Assembly (NCBI GenBank): GCA_019058315.1
Contig: JAHPZH010000003.1
Location: forward strand, 364,451-428,450
Length of the DNA stretch: 64,000 nt
Reading direction: 5' to 3'
Source of the DNA: Candidatus Helarchaeota archaeon
GTDB lineage: Archaea > Asgardarchaeota > Lokiarchaeia > Helarchaeales > RDOG01
Shown: positions 10,769-21,125 of the stretch, one piece after another
Layout of the letters: the number at the start of each line of letters is the position of its first letter
Position numbering within the stretch: position 1 is the stretch's first letter
Position numbers and translations under genes: made by a program
Notes under the pieces: model-generated
The model's database searches: none
What the model was told of the DNA's origin: nothing
Seen by the model: the letters and a program-made list of their open reading frames with translations, nothing else

Positions 10769-12022
10769 ATGTCTAAAGAAACTACAATGGAATTAATTAA
10801 AAGGAGAATGATTGGAGAAGAATTATCTGAAAATGAAATAATGAAGATTATAAACGATATATCAAATGAAAAATTGAATGATATTGAAATTGCAGGTTTT
10901 ATTTTTTCCCAAGCATTAAAAGGTATGACAAATAATGAAGTATTATCAATGATAAAAGCTATGGTAGAGACTGGGAAAAAGATATCTTTTGAAAATCAGG
11001 TTATTTATGACAAACACAGTCTAGGTGGTGTACCCGGCAATAAAGTTACCCTATTGATAGTTCCGATTGTCGCAGCCTATGGTTTAATGATTCCAAAAAC
11101 CAGCAGCCGTGCTATAACTTCACCATCTGGCACTGCAGATACAATGGAAGTATTAGCACCAGTTGAGTTTAAAGCAGAAGAAGTTATTTCGATGGTAAAA
11201 AAAACAAAAGGGGTAGTTGTGGAAGCAGATAATGATATATGTCCTGTTGATGCAGATATAATAAAAATTGAGCATTATTTGGGATTAAATCCAGAATCAA
11301 TGATGATTTCGAGTATATTAGCAAAAAAAATAGCAATGGGTATAAATCGTTTAGTTATTGATGTTCCTGTTGAAGGAACTAAAGTATGTTCCATGGAAGA
11401 TGGACAAAAAATAAGTCAGAGAATTGTAAAAATAGGAAAGAAACTAGGATTAGAAATTAAAGCTGGGCTTACATATGGTGGACAACCTATTGGTAATAAT
11501 ATTGGACCCACTTTAGAAGCTCAAGAAGCTATAGAATCATTACAAATAACCCATCCAGATAAAACCAATTCCCTTATTGAAAAGTCGACTGATCTAGCTG
11601 GAATTCTTTTTGAAATGAGTGGAGTTGAGAAAGGTAAAGGAAAATCAATAGCTATGGATCTATTGATCTCGGGCAAAGCTTTAGATAAAATGAAACAAAT
11701 TATAGAAATACAGGGAGGAAATACTAAAATTATCGATGAAATACCAAAAAGTCAATATCAAGAGACAATAGAATGTCCTAGAACGGGCTATATCACTCAT
11801 GTTGATAACTCAAAGTTAGTAAAAATTGCTCGTTTGGCAGGAGCTCCAGAAGATAAAACCGCAGGAATAGTTATTTTTGGAAAGCGAGGCGATAAAATAA
11901 GAAAAGGAGGTCCTTTACTTAATATTTATGCCAATAATAGTAATAATCTTTCAAAAGCTTTGGATCTCGCATTAACTTCCAAACCATTAAAAATTGAAGG
12001 GATGTTATTAAAGCAAATTTAG
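10769..12022 (+). CDS. AMP phosphorylase/thymidine phosphorylase family (short form)
   Basis: DKHSLGGVPGNK, PKTSSRAITSPSGTADTMEVLAPV, ARLAGAPEDKTAG. Confidence 0.88.
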   Translation: MSKETTMELIKRRMIGEELSENEIMKIINDISNEKLNDIEIAGFIFSQALKGMTNNEVLSMIKAMVETGKKISFENQVIYDKHSLGGVPGNKVTLLIVPIVAAYGLMIPKTSSRAITSPSGTADTMEVLAPVEFKAEEVISMVKKTKGVVVEADNDICPVDADIIKIEHYLGLNPESMMISSILAKKIAMGINRLVIDVPVEGTKVCSMEDGQKISQRIVKIGKKLGLEIKAGLTYGGQPIGNNIGPTLEAQEAIESLQITHPDKTNSLIEKSTDLAGILFEMSGVEKGKGKSIAMDLLISGKALDKMKQIIEIQGGNTKIIDEIPKSQYQETIECPRTGYITHVDNSKLVKIARLAGAPEDKTAGIVIFGKRGDKIRKGGPLLNIYANNSNNLSKALDLALTSKPLKIEGMLLKQI

Positions 12023-12045
12023 TCGAAATAGATTACTTTCGATTA

Positions 12046-12216
12046 TTAAAAATAGGAACTTTTTTTCTCGGAACGCCAAATATTACCACATTTTCGACAT
12101 TCAAATTCATCCCAATAATCAGCATATCCACCACCAGTGTATTCCGACTGAGATTCACGTTTTATATCTTTGCTTCCACATTGGGGACATTTAATTGGCC
12201 ACTCTTCTTCGCTCAA
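12046..12216 (-). CDS. Small zinc-ribbon protein (56 aa)
   Basis: Manual: TTG start after GAGG; MSEEEWPIKCPQCGSKDIKRESQSEYTGGGYADYWDEFECRKCGNIWRSEKKSSYF. Confidence 0.7.
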   Translation of the reverse strand: MSEEEWPIKCPQCGSKDIKRESQSEYTGGGYADYWDEFECRKCGNIWRSEKKSSYF

Positions 12217-12238
12217 ATTTCCTCAACCAAATTTAATC

Positions 12239-13429
12239 CTAAAAGAACTTATCTAAAGTAATTAAAGAATTAGTAAAATTTTGATAAATCTTTACATCCA
12301 CAACTGGAAATTTATTAAGAATTGATGTGCTAATTTTTTTTTCATTAATTTTATAAGATTTTAAAGGTTTTTTTCCTTCTAATTTTAAATACAAAATAGG
12401 CATCTCGGTAATCGATGGTTTTATATCAGAACTTAAATGTTTTAACGATGAGGTTAAATGCTTTAGTATGAACGTTGTTAAATCATTATTATTTTTAAAT
12501 ATTATAGGTAATTTTAAAGTAACCCAAATATATTTTCGGTTTTTTAATTTGATTATTTGGATCTTTTTTGTAAATGCTTTATTCCCTAAAATTTCTACAA
12601 GAAATACTCCTCGTTGATATGAGTAATCAATCGAACAAACAGCTTCTGATGATCCTGGATTATAAATCCAATCATCTAAAATAAATTGCTTATGATAATG
12701 ACCTAATGCTAGGTAATCAACTCGATCTTTTAATATTGAAACTTCTAGTAATTTCATTCCAGGTACATTTACCATCTGACCTTCAATACCAAAATGTTGT
12801 AGTAAGATATGGAATAACCCATCATCCTTTTTAATACCATCTTTGACCTTTAGTAAATAATCTCCATTTCTATCACCAAGAAACTTAGTCCCATATATCA
12901 TTACATTTCGTATTTGGATTTTACCACCTTTGCATTTCTTAAAATCATAGGATGAAAACATATTTTCGGGAGACTGGGTTATATCTGCATCAAGAAGAAT
13001 AAGTAATCCCAAATTTGAAATAAATTTTAGCCAAGATTGCCCGTTGTCTACTTTAATACCTTTCGAATATTTACGTAGGTCGTGATTACCCTCAATTGCT
13101 ATTATTGGAATCGATTCCTCAGTATAAATTTTAAAATCTTTTAAAATATTGAATATTTTATTCAATTTTTCAGGTAAAATGTCTAAAGAGGTAAATATAT
13201 CACCGCCCAATAGAATAAAATCTACTTTATTGATTATGGCAAGCGATAATATCTCTTCAAACGCGTTTATAAAATCATTCGATCGAAAATAATTCCTATA
13301 TTGTTGACACCCCAGATGGATATCACTTACATGAATAAAACTTACGGATTTATTGCTATTTTTCTGAAATTTCGTTTTATTTCCAAATTTATTCTCGAAA
13401 ATATTAAAATTGGTCATAAAATTCAGCAT
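12239..13429 (-). CDS. Mre11/SbcD-family metallophosphoesterase
   Basis: HVSDIHLG, GGDIF, IEGNHD, QHFG, DYLALGHYH, YNPGSSE. Confidence 0.88.
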   Translation of the reverse strand: MLNFMTNFNIFENKFGNKTKFQKNSNKSVSFIHVSDIHLGCQQYRNYFRSNDFINAFEEILSLAIINKVDFILLGGDIFTSLDILPEKLNKIFNILKDFKIYTEESIPIIAIEGNHDLRKYSKGIKVDNGQSWLKFISNLGLLILLDADITQSPENMFSSYDFKKCKGGKIQIRNVMIYGTKFLGDRNGDYLLKVKDGIKKDDGLFHILLQHFGIEGQMVNVPGMKLLEVSILKDRVDYLALGHYHKQFILDDWIYNPGSSEAVCSIDYSYQRGVFLVEILGNKAFTKKIQIIKLKNRKYIWVTLKLPIIFKNNNDLTTFILKHLTSSLKHLSSDIKPSITEMPILYLKLEGKKPLKSYKINEKKISTSILNKFPVVDVKIYQNFTNSLITLDKFF

Positions 13430-13517
13430 GCTAATTTGAATGTTAAAAAATTATGATTTAAATAAAAATTCAGTTATAAAAATAATGAAAGCCAAAGAAA
13501 GAAGTGAAATATCATAA

Positions 13518-14138
13518 ATGAGTATTAAGAAACATCGAAATGATTATTACTACAAAAAAGCGAAAGTTGATAAATTTAAATCGAGAGCAGCTTATAAACT
13601 CTTGGAACTAAATAAAAATTTTAAAATACTTAAAAATGCGAAAGTAATAATTGATTTGTGTTGTGCTCCAGGAAGTTGGTTGCAAGTATTAAAGCGAGAG
13701 TTAACAGATGAGAAAGACCTTTCTATCATAGCGGTAGATTTAGTAAATATTGATGTGTTTGAGGATTATATAAAATTTATTCGAGGGGACATAACAGAGG
13801 AGATAATTATTTCTAAATTAAATAATGAACTTCCACGACCTGCAGACTTGGTAATTTCCGATTGTTCTCCCAAACTAATTGGTGCCAAAGATACTGATCA
13901 TGCTAGACAAATTTACTTAGCGGAATGCTCTTTTAATATAGCAAAAAATTGTCTTAGAATAGGAGGAAACTTTCTAACTAAAATCTTTTATGGCGATATG
14001 TTAGACCAATTTAAGAAAAAAATTATGAAAAATTTTCATAGTTACCGTATTTTTAAACCCAAAGCATCTCCTAGAAAATCTAGAGAAGCATATTTATTAG
14101 CTTTTGGACTTAAAACCAAGAAATTCATAAAGCAATAG
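13518..14138 (+). CDS. rlmE: 23S rRNA Um2552 methyltransferase RlmE/FtsJ
   Basis: KSRAAYKLLE, DLCCAPGSWLQV, VISDCSP, KPKASPRKSREAY. Confidence 0.92.
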   Translation: MSIKKHRNDYYYKKAKVDKFKSRAAYKLLELNKNFKILKNAKVIIDLCCAPGSWLQVLKRELTDEKDLSIIAVDLVNIDVFEDYIKFIRGDITEEIIISKLNNELPRPADLVISDCSPKLIGAKDTDHARQIYLAECSFNIAKNCLRIGGNFLTKIFYGDMLDQFKKKIMKNFHSYRIFKPKASPRKSREAYLLAFGLKTKKFIKQ

Positions 14139-14165
14139 AGAAATAATTGTAATTCTAAAGAAATT

Positions 14166-14567
14166 TTATTCTAATTCTTCAGAATTATCATCATCTTCAT
14201 CCTTACTATCAATTTGTTGAATAATCCAGATATCAAGTTCATTACATTGAATTGGATTTACGGTTTGACCGGCTCCACAGATTTTAGCATTGATACAGAC
14301 AAAACATGGACAATTATCCAAATTAGTCCAAGAGAATTTTTTAATTGGTCGATTTTTGTCATTAGAATAGAGTCTATAAGTCCATCTCCCACCGGACAAT
14401 TCTTTAACCCTTCTAAGTAATCCCTGTTTTTCCAATTTTACTGCAATTCGAGAACCCTCTCGGCTATTGAGTTTCAATTCCCTCCAAAGATCACTTTGTA
14501 AGATCCCCTTATTACCAGCTAATTGTACATGAGTGACAGCAGCCTCTTCAGCCTCTTTTATGTCCAA
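14166..14567 (-). CDS. TFE beta subunit / RPC34-like wHTH plus 4Fe-4S protein
   Basis: GILQSDLWRELKLNSREGSRIAVKLEKQGLLRR wHTH; CPCFVCINAKIC..NPIQC..LDIW Fe-S tail. Confidence 0.8.
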   Translation of the reverse strand: MDIKEAEEAAVTHVQLAGNKGILQSDLWRELKLNSREGSRIAVKLEKQGLLRRVKELSGGRWTYRLYSNDKNRPIKKFSWTNLDNCPCFVCINAKICGAGQTVNPIQCNELDIWIIQQIDSKDEDDDNSEELE

Positions 14568-15029
14568 TCAACAAACACCTTAATTTACTCTGCTATATAC
14601 AAATATACTTTGTAAAATCAAACGTAAAAAACTAATTAATTTCAATGTTATTTTGTGCGAAATTGATAAGTGAACTTCAAAGGTTCTCTAAATAAATAAT
14701 CACTTATACCCTTAATAAAATTAATTCAATAATTGTAGAATTGCATTGATTTGAATTTCATTCATTTTAGTTACATCTTGAATAATTAAATTAATTCAAA
14801 AAATAATTTGGTTTCTTTTTCAAAGGACGAAAATTTTTTGAAGCAATTATGATTAATTAATAATAGTCGATGAAGAAAATAAACGGTCTAATGAGAAAAC
14901 CGATGAAGAAGAAATCCAACAACCGAGACTTCCTTTTTTTTATTTTAAGTTGAATTGAAGTTTGAATAATATTTTTATTGTTTTATTACTTTTTATTTAT
15001 AAAAAACAAGGAAAGAGCTAGAAAAAAGA

Positions 15030-15740
15030 ATGAAAAACACTAAAGAAATAGCATTTCTCTTTGATTTAGATGGAACATTGTTAGATGCAATTCCTTTCTT
15101 TAATCAATTAGTTCTAGAATCAATCGAGGAAATGGGAATCAAGTTAGATGAAGATATGAAGAAGACTTTATTATTTGAGGCGATTAATCAAACTACAGAT
15201 AAATCCAGCAAGGATTTCATCTTTAATTTGTTTTTTACAATAGGTAAAATGATAGGAGTTACAGAGAAATCAAAAATCTATAAACTTCAAGTGAATGCGG
15301 GAATGAAATATCTCAAAGGAATGACAAAAGTAGATTTAATCGAAGGTACACCCGAAACTCTGCATTTTTTAAGTTCGAAAGGGTATAAAATTGGGTTAGT
15401 TACTACTTCTTCTCAAAGAGATTTAGCACCAAAACTTGGGGATTTGAGGGAATTATTTGATATAATTTGTACTAGAGAAGATACTAAAAAAATGAAACCC
15501 CATCCTGAACCAATTCTAAAAGCTGCAAACGATTTGAATATCATGCCTAATAGGTGTGTGATGATTGGTGATACACCTGACGACATTTTGGCTGGGCAAA
15601 ATGCTAAAGTAGGATGTACAGTTGGTGTTTTAACTGGTTTCTCAAGTTTAGAAATTTTTAAAGAATTTAAAGCTAATTTAATTTTTAAAAGTGTTGCTGA
15701 AATCCCTGATAGATTATCTGATATTTTGGATTTTTTTTAG
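15030..15740 (+). CDS. HAD-superfamily phosphatase (phosphoglycolate phosphatase-like)
   Basis: FDLDGTLLD, KPHPEP, MIGDTPDD. Confidence 0.9.
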   Translation: MKNTKEIAFLFDLDGTLLDAIPFFNQLVLESIEEMGIKLDEDMKKTLLFEAINQTTDKSSKDFIFNLFFTIGKMIGVTEKSKIYKLQVNAGMKYLKGMTKVDLIEGTPETLHFLSSKGYKIGLVTTSSQRDLAPKLGDLRELFDIICTREDTKKMKPHPEPILKAANDLNIMPNRCVMIGDTPDDILAGQNAKVGCTVGVLTGFSSLEIFKEFKANLIFKSVAEIPDRLSDILDFF

Positions 15741-15924
15741 ATTACTTAATTCGTGCAAATTATTTTTTTAAAATATATTTAAAATGGTTTAAAAATTTCT
15801 CAAATTAATTTTTTCTGATTTTACACTATATATTACAAGAATATTCCCTAGATATTCGTGAAATTTAACTGCAAGGTTTATCAATCTTCAAATAACCGAA
15901 TATGAAATTTAAGGTGATATAAAA

Positions 15925-16155
15925 GTGGATAAAAAAATGTGTAAAAAGTGTGTAGATTTTAAGAAATTAAAGTCATTTGATGAATTACAAGCTGTTTTTC
16001 ATAATTGGTGTGCTCATTCTGAACTACCTTGTGCTCTATTATCTTCCTGTCAAAAAATTCCAGATTTTAAAAATTCAGTTGAATTTCAAAATCAAATAGA
16101 AAAGGCTTATGAAGCTCTAGGAAAAATTAATCCAGTACGATATAATAATTTATAA
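15925..16155 (+). CDS. Small Cys-containing hypothetical protein
   Basis: GGTGA SD-like sequence before GTG; CKKC..HNWC..C..C. Confidence 0.55.
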   Translation: MDKKMCKKCVDFKKLKSFDELQAVFHNWCAHSELPCALLSSCQKIPDFKNSVEFQNQIEKAYEALGKINPVRYNNL

Positions 16156-16234
16156 TTAATATTATTAGCTCCCACATATTCTTTCTTAAATCATTCTCAA
16201 TAAGAGTTTTTAAGCTCTTACATGTCCCTTTTTG

Positions 16235-16606
16235 TTAAGATGCATCTATAAACTTTAAAAGATTGAGCAGAATTTGTTCAAAAATTAATTGATAATAAGG
16301 TAAAATAAAAAAAAATTTGTAATTCCTTGTAATTTGTAGTTTTAATTCATCTATTATTTCTAATTCTATATCATTTTTAACCAAATCTACAACATCTTTT
16401 ATAAATTCTTCTGTTTTCTCCAATACAAGAACTGATATTATATCTTGTAACAAATTTTTCCTATAATTATCTTGAATTTCGTGAAATCTATTGAATATTT
16501 TCTTAATTTTAATAAAATGGGCATTTCCCTTATTTAATATATCTTGGAATAATTGAATTTTATCTAAACCCTGATTTCTCATTAAATTTATCTCCTCTAT
16601 TATCAA
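16235..16606 (-). CDS. Hypothetical protein, possibly a degraded fragment
   Basis: ORF track only; weak TTG start, and the frame stays open past the TAA. Confidence 0.3.
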   Translation of the reverse strand: MIIEEINLMRNQGLDKIQLFQDILNKGNAHFIKIKKIFNRFHEIQDNYRKNLLQDIISVLVLEKTEEFIKDVVDLVKNDIELEIIDELKLQITRNYKFFFILPYYQLIFEQILLNLLKFIDAS

Positions 16607-16966
16607 TTTTTTTTGATAAAATTATCGAATATAATTAATAATCTATGAAGACATATATTAATTTTTTTTAAATATTCAAGGAGAAATCTATAATTTTAAT
16701 TGCTTTCTCAAAAAGTCAATAAAAATTTTAATTATTTTACCAGAAGTTATTAGAAATTTCATGTATTTCTTTTTTAGATAAAAAATAGAATATTTTTTTT
16801 AACAAAAGTTCGGAATAAAAATTATAAAGCGAAAATAATCAATTAACTTTAATCAAAAATTTTAATTTAAAAAATTTAAAATGCATTAATTAAAAAATTT
16901 TTCAATAATAATTACTATACCAAATTAGCTTTTCACAAATATTTTTGGAATTAAGTGAATTAAAAA

Positions 16967-18130
16967 ATGAGTAGATCAGAAATAGAACGTGGGATGGCTA
17001 AGGCTGAAAATTATGAACGGAGAGCTTTGACTTTAATTAATAAAGGAGATTATCCAGCTGCATTAGGAGAATTAATTAAGGCAATAGAGAAATATAAAAC
17101 ATTAGCAGCTCGTTTTCAAAGATCTGTTCTTTATGATCGATGGCTTGAAAAGGCTGATGAATTATTAGTTTTAGCTAAAAAGATAAAAGGTAAAGCTAAA
17201 ACTACTCCAGAAATGGTAAAAGAAGGGGCTCCAATTTCAATCAAAGATTGTGATGAAGTTGGTGAAAGAGTAGATCCAGAGACAAACAAATTAGATTTTT
17301 CTAAATTAGCAGGAATGGATAAAATCAAAAAAATTCTAAGGCGAACAATAGAATGGTCATTAAAAGAGAAAGAAAAAATGGAGGAACATGGATTAGAACC
17401 TACGAAAGGAATACTCTTGGTAGGTCCTCCTGGATGTGGAAAAACATATTTAGTTAAATGTGCTGCTGGTGAATTTAAAATTAGACTTTTAATCGCTTCT
17501 CCAGCCTCAACTTTCAATAAATATGTGGGAGAAACCCCAAAAGCTGTTCGTAAAGTATTTCAATGCGGAGAAAAAATGACCCCCTCAATTATTTTTGTTG
17601 ATGAAATTGATAAATTGCTTCCTGATCCTTCAAGATCAAGCGATTCATCTGGAGTAACTGGTCAAGCTTTATCAACTTTCCAACAAGAGATGGATGGTGC
17701 TCAATCAGGAACGGGTTTTATTGTTATGATGGCAACGAATGACCCTGAACTCCTCCACCCAGCCCTTTCGCGTACCGGAAGAGTATCATATCGACTCTAT
17801 ATTCCTCCTCCTGATAAACCTACTAGAGCTGCTGTATTTAGAATTAATTTAGAAGCACCAAAACTTATCCTTGAACCGGAAGTACAAAATTTTGATTTAT
17901 TAGCAGATTTAACTGCCCCTCAAGATGGTTGGTATTATGCATCTTCTGATATTGAGGAAATGTGTCGCCGAGCAAAGGAAAAGAGATTTGAGATTATAAT
18001 AGAATCTGGTAATGAAGAAATTCCTTTAACTTTAGATATGTTAAAAGAAGCGATCAACTCATTAAAGCCATCAATCTCGCCCAAACAAATACATAGATAT
18101 GAAAAATGGGCAGATGAGTTTAGTGGCTAA
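16967..18130 (+). CDS. MIT-domain AAA+ ATPase (Vps4/katanin-like architecture)
   Basis: N-terminal three-helix MIT-like segment (ALTLINKGDYPAALGELIKAIE), GPPGCGKT, KYVGET, IFVDEID, C-terminal PSIS..YEKWADEF helix. Confidence 0.8.
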   Translation: MSRSEIERGMAKAENYERRALTLINKGDYPAALGELIKAIEKYKTLAARFQRSVLYDRWLEKADELLVLAKKIKGKAKTTPEMVKEGAPISIKDCDEVGERVDPETNKLDFSKLAGMDKIKKILRRTIEWSLKEKEKMEEHGLEPTKGILLVGPPGCGKTYLVKCAAGEFKIRLLIASPASTFNKYVGETPKAVRKVFQCGEKMTPSIIFVDEIDKLLPDPSRSSDSSGVTGQALSTFQQEMDGAQSGTGFIVMMATNDPELLHPALSRTGRVSYRLYIPPPDKPTRAAVFRINLEAPKLILEPEVQNFDLLADLTAPQDGWYYASSDIEEMCRRAKEKRFEIIIESGNEEIPLTLDMLKEAINSLKPSISPKQIHRYEKWADEFSG

Positions 18131-18200
18131 ATAAATTTAAATTTTTTTAAAAAATAAGAATAAAACGATTTAATTTGTTGAAAGAGAATTAAATAGGAAC

Positions 18201-18746
18201 TTACTCGTTAAGATTTTTAAAATATTCTACTGATGCATTTGTTAATTTTGTAAATGCTTCATCTACACCATTACCTGTTTTTGCTGATGTCTCGAAGCAA
18301 TCAACGGCTCCAATTTCTTTAGCTTTTTTTTCCATTTCTTCTTTAGAGATTTTTCTCTTATCTTTTAAATCATTTTTATTGCCAATTATAATGAATGGGA
18401 TATCACCAGCAAACTTTTTCAGCTCGGTAAGCCAATTTTCAAGATGTTCATAAGTTTCTTTATCTGTTAAATCAAATACAATAAAACAGCAATGGGAACC
18501 TTCTAAATAACTTTCTCGAATGTCCTTGAAAATTGCTTGGCCTCCAATGTCCCATAATAAAAGTTCAGCTTTAGCTTCCTCAACTGGAACTGTTTTTAGC
18601 GAAATATCGAATCCTAAGGTGGGTTTATATTCTTGATCAAACTTCTTATCTACATGTCGAACAATTAATGAGGTCTTCCCTACTCCGCCGTCTCCAATTA
18701 CAACTGCTTTAAGAAATATCTTTCTATCTGAAATCAAAAACATCAC
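18201..18746 (-). CDS. Rab-like small GTPase
   Basis: GDGGVGKTS, YKPTLG, WDIGGQ, GNKND, ETSAK; no prenylation motif. Confidence 0.93.
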   Translation of the reverse strand: MMFLISDRKIFLKAVVIGDGGVGKTSLIVRHVDKKFDQEYKPTLGFDISLKTVPVEEAKAELLLWDIGGQAIFKDIRESYLEGSHCCFIVFDLTDKETYEHLENWLTELKKFAGDIPFIIIGNKNDLKDKRKISKEEMEKKAKEIGAVDCFETSAKTGNGVDEAFTKLTNASVEYFKNLNE

Positions 18747-19215
18747 TTTTTTATTTTAAATTCAAATATCTGGTTTTATTATCCACAAATAAAAATTCTA
18801 GTATAATTTCATATTTGTTTCTTTATTTTTAATATTTCACTTAAATATTGAGCTAATTAATTCAACATAAATCTAATTGAAATCATTTTTATATCACTCA
18901 TTTAGTGTGTAGACTTATTTCTTAAAAAATAATTTCAATATTTTGACCGAAAAATAAATACAATAAACTTCAAATCTATATTTGGATTAGTGGTTGATAG
19001 ATTTTTATTTATATAAGAATATTAATTTAAAATTTATTTCTCCATTCTGATTTCTGAAGAATCCAGAGCTCCGAATTTTAAGATAAATTCTCCAGAAACT
19101 TTAATAAAATAAGAATTTTTAAATTAATTGTTTAAATATAAAATTAAATACATAATATTCTAAATAACATCTAATTAAAATTTCAATTCTTAGCTATGTT
19201 TCTGGAGTAGTCAAG

Positions 19216-19749
19216 GTGGAAAAGAAACAACATTACGTCTTCAAGATTCTATTACTTGGAGATGGTGGAGTGGGAAAGACTAGCTTATTACGCCGCTTTA
19301 TTGATAACACTTTTACTCCAGATTACAAAAGTACGATTGGCGTCCAATTTATGACTAGGACGGTTGATTTAAACGACGAAAAATCGATTAAATTAGTAAT
19401 TTGGGATGTTGCAGGTCAGTCAAAATTTACCTCATATCGACATTTGTATTATAAGGACGCAGAAGGTATTATTTTAGTCTATGACATAACTCGACCAGAT
19501 AGTTTCGATAATCTTGAAATGTGGATCTCGGATGCTGTAAAGCATACAGCTAGAAATGCACATATTGCAATTCTAGGAAATAAAGTGGATTTAGAAGATA
19601 AAAGATCCATTTCAAAAAGTAAAGGTCGAGAATATTCAACTGAAAAGAAAGCGGTTTTATTTTCAGAAACTTCAGCTAAAACAGGTTTTAATGTTGATAA
19701 TGCCTTTTTAGAGCTTACTAAAAATATTTTATCAAGGGGATTTATCTAG
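19216..19749 (+). CDS. Rab-like small GTPase (copy 1)
   Basis: GDGGVGKTS, YKSTIGVQF, WDVAGQ, GNKVD, ETSAK; GTG start after GGAG. Confidence 0.93.
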   Translation: MEKKQHYVFKILLLGDGGVGKTSLLRRFIDNTFTPDYKSTIGVQFMTRTVDLNDEKSIKLVIWDVAGQSKFTSYRHLYYKDAEGIILVYDITRPDSFDNLEMWISDAVKHTARNAHIAILGNKVDLEDKRSISKSKGREYSTEKKAVLFSETSAKTGFNVDNAFLELTKNILSRGFI

Positions 19750-19752
19750 CTT

Positions 19753-20511
19753 ATGTCTAGTGTAGAAGTTATAAAAGCAATTTTTATATTTGACAAAAAA
19801 TCGGGACGGCCTTTTATTCGTTACAGGCCTTCTAGAGATTTTCAGATAGAACCATTTTTAGTTATTGGATTTTTAACTGCAATTATGAAATTTTCAAAAG
19901 AAGTTGGTCGTTCTGATTTAAAAATGATTGACATGGAAAATTTAAGGTTTGTTTTTACAGAAAAAGATGGTATAATTTTCAATGCAATAACCACAAAATT
20001 GGTTAAGCCAATTGATTTGATGTTTAAATTAAATACGATTTCAACTATTTTTCTGAATGAATATACAATGGAAGAATTGTTAGATCCCAAAATTGCATTA
20101 GAATATTATGATGGCTTTAAAAATACAATACATGAAATTATCCATGGGACTGTTCGTGGTTTAGAAAGTGAAAAAGAATTAAAAATTAAAGAAATTTTAT
20201 CTAAATTCAATAAGAATAATGAAATTTGTGGTTCCGGAATTATCTCATTTACGGGAGATTTCCTTGTAACCGCTTTTGAAAGAGTAGAGGATGAAGATAT
20301 TGTTCATAATATTTTCAACTCAATTTTTGAAACTAAAATTTTTGGTATAAATAACTTCACGATTACAATATTAAAACAACATATTATTATAACAAGAATA
20401 GAAGAGGAAAGTTTATTAGTAATTATAATGAGAGAAGATCAAGTATGTTCAGCTATAGAGGATAATATTGATAAAATAAAGAAGAGAATAAGAAAAATAT
20501 TGAGAGCATAG
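19753..20511 (+). CDS. Longin plus roadblock/profilin-like protein (copy 1)
   Basis: IFIFDKKSGRPFI..LVIGFLTAIMKFSKEV longin pattern; C-terminal ICGSGIISFTGDFLV roadblock-like. Confidence 0.7.
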   Translation: MSSVEVIKAIFIFDKKSGRPFIRYRPSRDFQIEPFLVIGFLTAIMKFSKEVGRSDLKMIDMENLRFVFTEKDGIIFNAITTKLVKPIDLMFKLNTISTIFLNEYTMEELLDPKIALEYYDGFKNTIHEIIHGTVRGLESEKELKIKEILSKFNKNNEICGSGIISFTGDFLVTAFERVEDEDIVHNIFNSIFETKIFGINNFTITILKQHIIITRIEEESLLVIIMREDQVCSAIEDNIDKIKKRIRKILRA

Positions 20512-20572
20512 TGATAATTTAAATATATGTTATAAATTATTTAGATAAAACATTAAAATTGAGGTTTTTAAG

Positions 20573-21109
20573 ATAGAACATCAAGAGCATTACGTCTTCA
20601 AGATTTTACTGTTGGGGGATGGTGCTGTTGGAAAAACTAGTCTACTAAAGAGATTCATTGAAAATACCTTTGATCCTGACTATAAAGGGACGATTGGCGT
20701 CCAATTCATGACTAAAAAAGTTGAACTTGAAAATCAATTTGTTAAATTAGTAATTTGGGATGTTGCAGGGCAATCTCGTTTTACATCTTATCGTCATTTG
20801 TACCTTAAAGATGCAGATGGAGTAATATTAGTTTATGATATAACTCGCTACCCAACATTTGAGAATTTAGAGAAGTGGGTTGAAGACGCAGTTAAATATA
20901 CAGAACAAGATATTCAAATTGCTGTATTAGCTAATAAGAAAGATTTAAGTGGCAATAGGAATGTTACTGAAGAAGAGGGGAGACTTTATTCTGCACTTAG
21001 AGAAGCAGTTCTATTTAGCGAGACCTCAGCAAAAACCGGAGAAAATGTAGAGAAAGCCTTTTTAGAACTAGCAAAAAATATGATCAAAGTCTCAAGACAG
21101 AATAAATAG
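20573..21109 (+). CDS. Rab-like small GTPase (copy 2), probable ATA start
   Basis: Paralog of 19216; N-terminal HYVFKILLLG lies upstream of the TTG called at 20612; ATA 20573 aligns with the paralog start. Confidence 0.88.
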   Translation: MEHQEHYVFKILLLGDGAVGKTSLLKRFIENTFDPDYKGTIGVQFMTKKVELENQFVKLVIWDVAGQSRFTSYRHLYLKDADGVILVYDITRYPTFENLEKWVEDAVKYTEQDIQIAVLANKKDLSGNRNVTEEEGRLYSALREAVLFSETSAKTGENVEKAFLELAKNMIKVSRQNK

Positions 21110-21125
21110 GAGATTAATATCGCAT

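Noticed and set aside
14860-14960. Possible ~30-codon acidic peptide in the intergenic region
   Set aside because: No canonical start codon or SD sequence; too short to support.
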